From a virus, in the IMG/VR virus record IMGVR_UViG_3300045988_178965, positions 1 to 64,000 of that record: a stretch of DNA of 64,000 bases; one strand, 5' to 3'. Positions 59,097-64,000 of the stretch are shown piece by piece. Position 1 is the first letter of the stretch. Every line of letters starts with the position of its first letter. A program made the translations under genes and the position numbers. Under the pieces are notes generated by a model. The model worked only from the letters and a program-made list of their open reading frames with translations, made no database searches and was not told the origin of the DNA.

Positions 59097-59845
59097 CAGT
59101 AATGTTCAATAGGGTTCGCTACTTCCCTACCAGCTTATTAAGCTTCTGCATATCGCTATGCAGCTCAGACTATATCATTATCTCCGTATTGGAGATATCT
59201 GGCTTTTCGAGTGCCAATAGCTTGCACCCTACGCCTTTCGGCTAGTCGTTGCTCTACTTTTATTCGATTTAGGAAATTTGCCGTATTTTTCTGTAATATG
59301 GCTCCATCGTTTATGCCCTCTTATAAGAGAAACATATCTAGGATGTAAGGAATATAGCGACGCTATACTTTCGTTATCATATCCAGAAAGAAGTAATTCG
59401 CAAATCTTTTCAACATCAGGCTCAGTCAATTTTGACATAGCGTTTCTTGAGCCTAAATTTGTTTTAATACCGATTCGAAATGCATGCTTAAGATTTTCAG
59501 ATTTAGTAACTATTTCTAAATTAGACAAATCATTATTAGTCTTATTACCATCTATATGGTTAACCTCCATGCCAGGAGGTATATCGCCAATAAATGTTTT
59601 AACAACTAGTCTATGAACTAAACCAAGTTTAGAGCCCAGCATATAATACCCGGCCTTTGTCATACAATGTTTCATAAACTTGTTACTAATTTTTGAATAA
59701 ACACGCCCATCGGTGTAAACAATATATTTTCCTATATCTTTATATTTCATAGTTGTAAAAATAGATCAGGATTGTCTACTAGAGATGTCCCCTGAGTTAA
59801 CCAGATTTTCGACTAGGGTCGCCCCTAGAAGCCGCCATATTTTTA
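59097..59845 (-). mobile_element. group I intron interrupting nrdB (749 nt), carrying an HNH endonuclease ORF
   Basis: The 5' exon ends in U (..AACCGU|UAAAAAUAUGGCGG), which can pair with the internal GCGG guide to give a U-G wobble. The intron ends in G (..ACUG|GAU). GNRA-capped hairpins CUAGGG-GCGA-CCCUAG and CUGCAUA-GCGA-UAUGCAG. GAUAUAGUC matches the conserved group I S element, and a P7-like AGAC/GUCU pairing is present. Confidence 0.8.
59229..59750 (-). CDS. HNH homing endonuclease (intron-encoded, I-HmuI-like architecture)
   Basis: NUMOD4-like N-terminus (YIVYTDGRVYS). HNH core HRLVVKTFIGDIPPGMEVNHIDGNKTNNDLSNLEIVTKSENLKHA. C-terminal helix-turn-helix-like segment. Confidence 0.85.
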   Translation of the reverse strand: MKYKDIGKYIVYTDGRVYSKISNKFMKHCMTKAGYYMLGSKLGLVHRLVVKTFIGDIPPGMEVNHIDGNKTNNDLSNLEIVTKSENLKHAFRIGIKTNLGSRNAMSKLTEPDVEKICELLLSGYDNESIASLYSLHPRYVSLIRGHKRWSHITEKYGKFPKSNKSRATTSRKA

Positions 59846-61405
59846 ACGGTTAATGAGCTTGATAATACGTGCAAGTCCAGGTAATTTACCCATTTGTCCA
59901 AAAATAAAGCTACATGCAAAAGAAACCTGGAACCTGATAGACTCTAAAGCGTTAGCAGTATGCAATGCAAGCCATATAGCTCTTACAGCATCAATACGCT
60001 GGCATCTGCCCTCGTAATAATCTTGAACCTTTTGGATAGCATCATCATAGTATTTACAAATACTATCTTTACATTGAACAATTTCCTGAATATCCATAAC
60101 AGTGTCCAACGTCTCTTTCGGATTAACAAAAGATTGTTGGATGATATGAGTATAGGAGAAAGAATGTAAGCAATTACCGGTAACAGAAGGAATACCTTTA
60201 TAGCGAATAACAAATGCGCCGGTAGGAACAGTTAAACAATAGACTTTGCCTTCATATTGCTCATAGGTTTTCTCAACAAGGTCACCACGAACAGTATCTT
60301 CATCACTAACAAATAGAATATATCCACCTTCTTCTTCTTTAAATGTAGAATGAATTCCAGACATCAAAAGTAATGCTTGAATATCATCAATAATTTCTTT
60401 ACGCTCAACCCAAAGGTTATTTTCACCAGACTTCTCAACCATATTTTTAATTAAGCCAAGAAGCTGATAACCTTTAAGGTAAGTCATCGAAGAAAGAGGC
60501 AATACATCAGTAAGGCGATCACAATAGGCATCTTTAATTGCTCCGTCTAATTGAAATTCAATGCGGTCATCTAGTACAAAATTTGGTTGCGCCAGATTTG
60601 ATAACAGATGTGCGGCGTATTTGTTTCTTCCATAAAAATGAAGCTCATCAGGAATATTTTCATCTGTTTTAAGATGATATCCAAGAATGGTTGAATATAT
60701 TTTAGCCGCAGTTATTGCATCAAATTCGCCACTAAATTCTTCATCTTCAAAAGCAGTTCCAGTCAATGGTAAACTAATCAGTTCATGTGGTTCAAAATTA
60801 TCCGCTTCTTCAAAAGCAAAAGAATTCGAAGTAATGAATGGCATTCGATGAGCTTTGGTCACGAACTGTTCAAAATTGCCATCAACAGATTTAAAACGAA
60901 TAAGCTCTTCGTTCTTATCATAAATATGAATCTTTTCAGGGCGAGTCCAATACAAGCCTCTATTGGTAGAGCGATACTGCGCAACCATAGTTTCCACGGT
61001 TACATCTTTGATATCGAGCCATCCCTTATCAGTAAGAACTTCAGTCCCTTCAGCCAAACACTCAAATAGGGACCATGTTTGAATAACACATTCAAGACTT
61101 GGATCGGCAACAGCGGGATTAAATACCGCAGTAGGAGCACGGCCCATAATGGAATCCAATAAGATTTGACGCTTAATATTAGAAATAACAATATGCTCTT
61201 CAGCCTTTGTGAGTAGGGGGAAATTGGTCCTATCATTAGTCATATCAATTTCCTCTGGCCTCCAAATCTTTTCGAGCTGCATTGTAAATAGATCTAAGAT
61301 AACCTTATATCTAGGGTTGTCAAAGCGTTGGACCGTAGCTCCTTGGCTGCGGTCCAAAAATAACGTTTTAGGAAACAATTCGTTTCCAAATACTGTACCT
61401 GTCAT
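59846..61405 (-). CDS. nrdB: ribonucleotide reductase beta subunit, exon 1 (includes an in-frame intein)
   Basis: Start taken at the ATG at 61405 (MTGTVFGNELF..), preceded by AAAGGA; the TTG at 61462 in the track ORF is unlikely. Motifs: WRPEEIDM, LLDSIMGR, WSLFE|[intein]|CLHSFSYTHII (first EXXH plus the radical Tyr), SFACSF, and IIKLINR at the exon end. Confidence 0.88.
60173..61060 (-). mobile_element. intein (296 aa) inserted in the first EXXH iron-ligand motif of NrdB
   Basis: Block A CLAEGTEVLTDKGW begins directly after the Glu of WSLFE. Block B is T-x-x-H (VTKAHRM). The C-terminal blocks read VYCLTVPTGAFVIRYKGIPSVTGN|C, with a terminal Asn and a +1 Cys. The penultimate residue is Gly rather than His. 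Removing it restores FE-CLH-SFSYTHII. Confidence 0.82.
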
Positions 61406-61610
61406 ATTAATTATTCCTTTTGTAATTATTGTAATAGGAACATCTGAAATTGCATTTCGCAATTAAAGGACGGTTTGCAAAAACCGTTGCATCCTGCAGG
61501 CGCCGGCCGCGGGATGCATGAATTCACCTCATTCTTAAATTTGGAACAAATTTAAGAATTGATGTATCACGAACCTCGATTCGTATAGTAAAAACAATAT
61601 TGTCAAAGAT

Positions 61611-61627
61611 CGGAAGGAATTCTTCCG
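61611..61627. repeat. CGGAAG-N5-CTTCCG hairpin repeat, copy 1
   Basis: gtcaaagatCGGAAGgaattCTTCCG. The conserved 5' flank (caaaga/caagg) is shared with copies 2 and 3. Confidence 0.8.
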
Positions 61628-61895
61628 CTTTGGGCCCGGCCTCACCTGGGGCCCAAAGGATCTGGATCAGGACGCAGTCCTGAAATTATTCTCTAGAATA
61701 ATTATCTAAATATTAATAGGCCTAAGCCCTTAAAGATAGAAGACCATAGAATCATCTTGACTTCGACAGAGTCTAGTCAACGAGCCACACGGCTTTAACA
61801 TGTTAGAATACCTTCTAACATGTTAAAATTAAATATACCATCAGCGTATATTTAATTTTATAGTCAAAGTATACTCATCCTAGGATGACAAAGAC

Positions 61896-61912
61896 CGGAA
61901 GGTATGCTTCCG
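61896..61912. repeat. CGGAAG-N5-CTTCCG hairpin repeat, copy 2
   Basis: gacaaagacCGGAAGgtatgCTTCCG. Confidence 0.8.
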
Positions 61913-62035
61913 TAAATCCGGACAGGACCAGATCCTAGTCCTTCCGGACTCCGTCGGACCCTTCGGGACGACGGGCGCATTATTTTGGTAAAATAATGCA
62001 AGTTTATATTAATGGACCTCAATCCATTTCAAGGT

Positions 62036-62052
62036 CGGAAGGCATGCTTCCG
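62036..62052. repeat. CGGAAG-N5-CTTCCG hairpin repeat, copy 3
   Basis: ttcaaggtCGGAAGgcatgCTTCCG. Confidence 0.8.
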
Positions 62053-62270
62053 CGAGGACGGGTGATCCCGGCCTTCGACGCAGCTCTGCAGCTCCGAATT
62101 ACCGCACGGAATTCGGACAGAGCTATTGGGTTTTTATAACAATCCTAAAATTGTATTGCCGACTCTTCCCTGGTCGGCCCGGGTGAAAGGAAAATCATCA
62201 TGCATTGTACTTAATTTAACTAAATCAAATACCTGGAGCTTAATCCAACGTCGCAATTATATTTTTATTT

Positions 62271-62759
62271 TTATGTGGCATTGCGATCAACCACACTTCT
62301 TTGTTTTTGTTCTCTATAACGCTTTGCCCTAATCTCCCTAGCTTTCTCTAAAACTGGATTTTCAGGATTCTTCATTATAGAGTTAAAATCATATTCGATG
62401 TCAGGATAAGGAACTGAATCTATAATAGCCTTTAATTCTTCCTTACTCTTAGGGCATTCTGATTGGAGTATTCTAACAAGTTTGATGCCAGATTCTTCGG
62501 CCAGCAAATCCTTTTTCTTGTCCTTGAACTGCTGCCATCTAAAACCATTGGCATCTTTGTGAAAGTGTTCAATAAATTCAACATGCTGCCGGCCATCCAA
62601 TTCTATAACTATTCCCATTTCTTTCACAAAACAGTCATATCTCGTCCCATCTGGAAGACAAGCTTCATATATAACATTGCATGTAGGATAAAGCTGACAT
62701 AGATATTCATAGATAATACGCTGCTCATTTGAGCCCCTATTATCGAACCCCATAACCAA
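62271..62759 (-). CDS. PD-(D/E)xK-superfamily endonuclease (DUF559/Vsr-like), possible free-standing homing endonuclease
   Basis: 162 aa. The motif RYDCFVKEMGIVIELDGRQHVEF matches the D...(I/V)E-x-D-G-x-x-H signature of DUF559/Vsr-like nucleases. Basic C-terminal tail. Confidence 0.55.
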   Translation of the reverse strand: MVMGFDNRGSNEQRIIYEYLCQLYPTCNVIYEACLPDGTRYDCFVKEMGIVIELDGRQHVEFIEHFHKDANGFRWQQFKDKKKDLLAEESGIKLVRILQSECPKSKEELKAIIDSVPYPDIEYDFNSIMKNPENPVLEKAREIRAKRYREQKQRSVVDRNAT

Positions 62760-63069
62760 TGCCCTGGATATTGTTTAATTGGCCATGAGCTATGCCGTCA
62801 ATAATGCTTCCCAATCCATTATCATAAAAGAATTTACGATAAGCTTCAAACGCCTTATCATCATCAACTCTTTTAAAATTGTGGGTAGCAAATTTCCATA
62901 TAGCGTCTTTGTCGATTAGCTCATTGATATAGCAGGCGTTATATACCTTATCTACAATCAAGGCGACTTGGACGCCATCATCCTCAAGTACAGCTACAAC
63001 AACCTGATGGTCGAAGCTACCCTCTACATTGAATCCCATTCTTTCAGGGGCCATATGCACTATCTTCAT
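62740..63069 (-). CDS. hypothetical protein
   Basis: 109-aa ORF that overlaps its neighbours on both sides. Confidence 0.4.
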   Translation of the reverse strand: MKIVHMAPERMGFNVEGSFDHQVVVAVLEDDGVQVALIVDKVYNACYINELIDKDAIWKFATHNFKRVDDDKAFEAYRKFFYDNGLGSIIDGIAHGQLNNIQGIGYGVR

Positions 63070-63367
63070 CTGAATCCTTTTCTAAACAATCTTTTTTAAT
63101 CTTGCATCTAATTAATATATATGTTTGCTCAATGAGAAGAAGAAATGTAACTAATGCTAGTATACCCAATATGAAAATAACAGGCGACATCAATAGTAAT
63201 GGCCAGGGGATAAATGAAGCTTCACCAGCAGTTTTTAATAATACTATTGGGAATATACCGGCAGTGAACCCAACGCCAATAAGTTTTAAATGCGAAAATG
63301 AAAATTCATTTTCATCTAGAGCGAGTTTGACTTTTCTGTTTTTACTTTTATTTGAACGAACTTTCAT
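63044..63367 (-). CDS. hypothetical membrane protein (two hydrophobic segments)
   Basis: 107 aa. Hydrophobic segments LKLIGVGFTAGIFPIVLL and LLLMSPVIFILGILALVTFLLLI. Confidence 0.45.
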   Translation of the reverse strand: MKVRSNKSKNRKVKLALDENEFSFSHLKLIGVGFTAGIFPIVLLKTAGEASFIPWPLLLMSPVIFILGILALVTFLLLIEQTYILIRCKIKKDCLEKDSDEDSAYGP

Positions 63368-63377
63368 ATCTTAGTCC

Positions 63378-63980
63378 TTAGAAATTATCAGGTATCATTT
63401 TTTGTATTCCACAATAACTGTGGTTTAAACAAGCAGAACATTTCCCTGGGTTTCCGCCAGAAGTAGAATCAGAATTTATGAATTTAATAGCAATTTCTTT
63501 TAAATGACCATCTGAAAAATTGGGCCTTTTGGTTACACTAACATTTGAATTAGGAGTCCATCCAAATGGAACTCTGATATCGTGTATTGTTTTAATAGTA
63601 ATACCAATATCCTCTATATGTTTAACAACAGCCATTGTTCTTGGGTTATTATAAGCATACATAGGATTGTTCCTATTATCCTGATGGAAAGGCGTTAATA
63701 GAAATATTTCAATACCATCATCCATCAGTAATACGAGATCGATTACAGTATGAAATGTTTTTCTTGGTTTTCTACCATAAGACCAAAATATAAGTTCGTC
63801 GTTTATAGCGCCGTTGGAATGATAAACCCTATCCGATATTTTGTCTAAAATTTCAGTAAGAAATCTGCGCAAAGATGCTTTATATGACTCTACACCTTCA
63901 TCTTCATTGGGAAGTATCTTTTTGATTTTACGTTCAAAATAAAGAATAGGTGCATTACTAGGTCCGTTCAAATCAGACAT
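63378..63980 (-). CDS. hypothetical protein with a C-terminal CxxCx5C cluster
   Basis: 200-aa ORF with an ATG start. The C-terminus reads GKCSACLNHSYCG. No other Cys in the protein, and no confident family assignment. Confidence 0.5.
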   Translation of the reverse strand: MSDLNGPSNAPILYFERKIKKILPNEDEGVESYKASLRRFLTEILDKISDRVYHSNGAINDELIFWSYGRKPRKTFHTVIDLVLLMDDGIEIFLLTPFHQDNRNNPMYAYNNPRTMAVVKHIEDIGITIKTIHDIRVPFGWTPNSNVSVTKRPNFSDGHLKEIAIKFINSDSTSGGNPGKCSACLNHSYCGIQKMIPDNF

Positions 63981-64000
63981 ATAGATTTTAATGGCTTCAT

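Larger units (their letters stand above)
61463..62270. repeat. ORF-free array of about 20 closely packed hairpins/palindromes
   Basis: No ORF of 60 aa or more on the gene strand. Perfect or near-perfect inverted repeats at: 61470-61487, 61489-61517, 61531-61559 (12 bp), 61611-61627, 61628-61658 (10 bp), 61667-61683, 61684-61703, 61757-61780, 61794-61827 (15 bp), 61825-61859 (14 bp), 61875-61888, 61896-61912, 61917-61948, 61951-61975 (C-UUCG-G loop), 61977-61999 (10 bp), 62036-62052, 62052-62076, 62094-62116 and 62159-62177. Confidence 0.85.

Noticed and set aside
61406-61462. TTG-initiated N-terminal extension of nrdB (MRNAISDVPITIITKGIIN) given by the ORF track.
   Set aside because: The downstream ATG at 61405 has an AAAGGA ribosome-binding site, and the protein from that ATG aligns with the normal NrdB N-terminus. 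The extension is probably untranslated leader.
59278-61466. Plus-strand ORFs opposite the HNH and nrdB genes (59278-59616, 59960-60169, 60785-61069, 61209-61466), and the alternate-frame minus-strand ORFs 59983-60213 and 61000-61236.
   Set aside because: They overlap well-supported nrdB, intein or HNH coding sequence and have no motifs of their own.
61463-62270. Possible CRISPR array or tRNA cluster in the ORF-free region.
   Set aside because: The only direct repeats are three 17-nt hairpins at irregular spacings of 285 and 140 nt, and no cas genes are present. I could not fold any segment into a cloverleaf with a T-loop (GTTCRANYC-type) consensus. A dedicated tRNA scan would still be worthwhile.
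62126-62332. 68-aa plus-strand ORF at the edge of the hairpin array.
   Set aside because: It starts inside the palindromic array, runs antisense into the nuclease gene, and has no ribosome-binding site or recognisable sequence features.

Overview
AT-rich segment of a large tailed phage with a contractile (sheath and tube) tail. No rRNA, tRNA, CRISPR array or transposase was recognised.

**Plus-strand block (33-52861).** This is one uninterrupted late/structural block of about 37 tightly packed genes, many with overlapping stop/start codons. It contains:
- a tail sheath with an internal domain duplication;
- three tandem tail-tube-family paralogs, the middle one fused to an apparently intact staphylococcal-nuclease domain;
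- two small chaperone-position genes and a 1256-aa tape-measure-like protein;
- a 1666-aa protein with a two-barrel RNA-polymerase-like signature (SSRGQK ... NSGDFDDD);
- a 1964-aa hub/lysin protein (M23 peptidase plus a lysozyme/transglycosylase-like domain);
- gp25/W-like and J-like baseplate genes;
- a run of large fibre/spike proteins, including two collagen-like proteins and a beta-helix-like 1291-aa fibre;
- a membrane-protein/lipoprotein pair.

**Minus-strand block (after a bidirectional terminator at about 52871-52909).** It contains a stand-alone M23 peptidase, small unknown genes, a T4 gp1-like dNMP kinase and a class Ia ribonucleotide reductase set (nrdA, a glutaredoxin-like gene, nrdB). 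nrdB is invaded twice. A 296-aa intein sits inside the first EXXH iron-ligand motif. A 749-nt group I intron carrying an HNH endonuclease sits just before the second (DExxH).

**Upstream of nrdB.** There is an ORF-free region of about 0.8 kb packed with roughly 20 perfect or near-perfect hairpins and 6-bp palindromes, with a thrice-repeated CGGAAG-N5-CTTCCG unit. It is followed by a DUF559/Vsr-like PD-(D/E)xK nuclease gene and unknown genes.

**Limits.** All functional calls rest on motif recognition by eye and on gene order. No database search was run.
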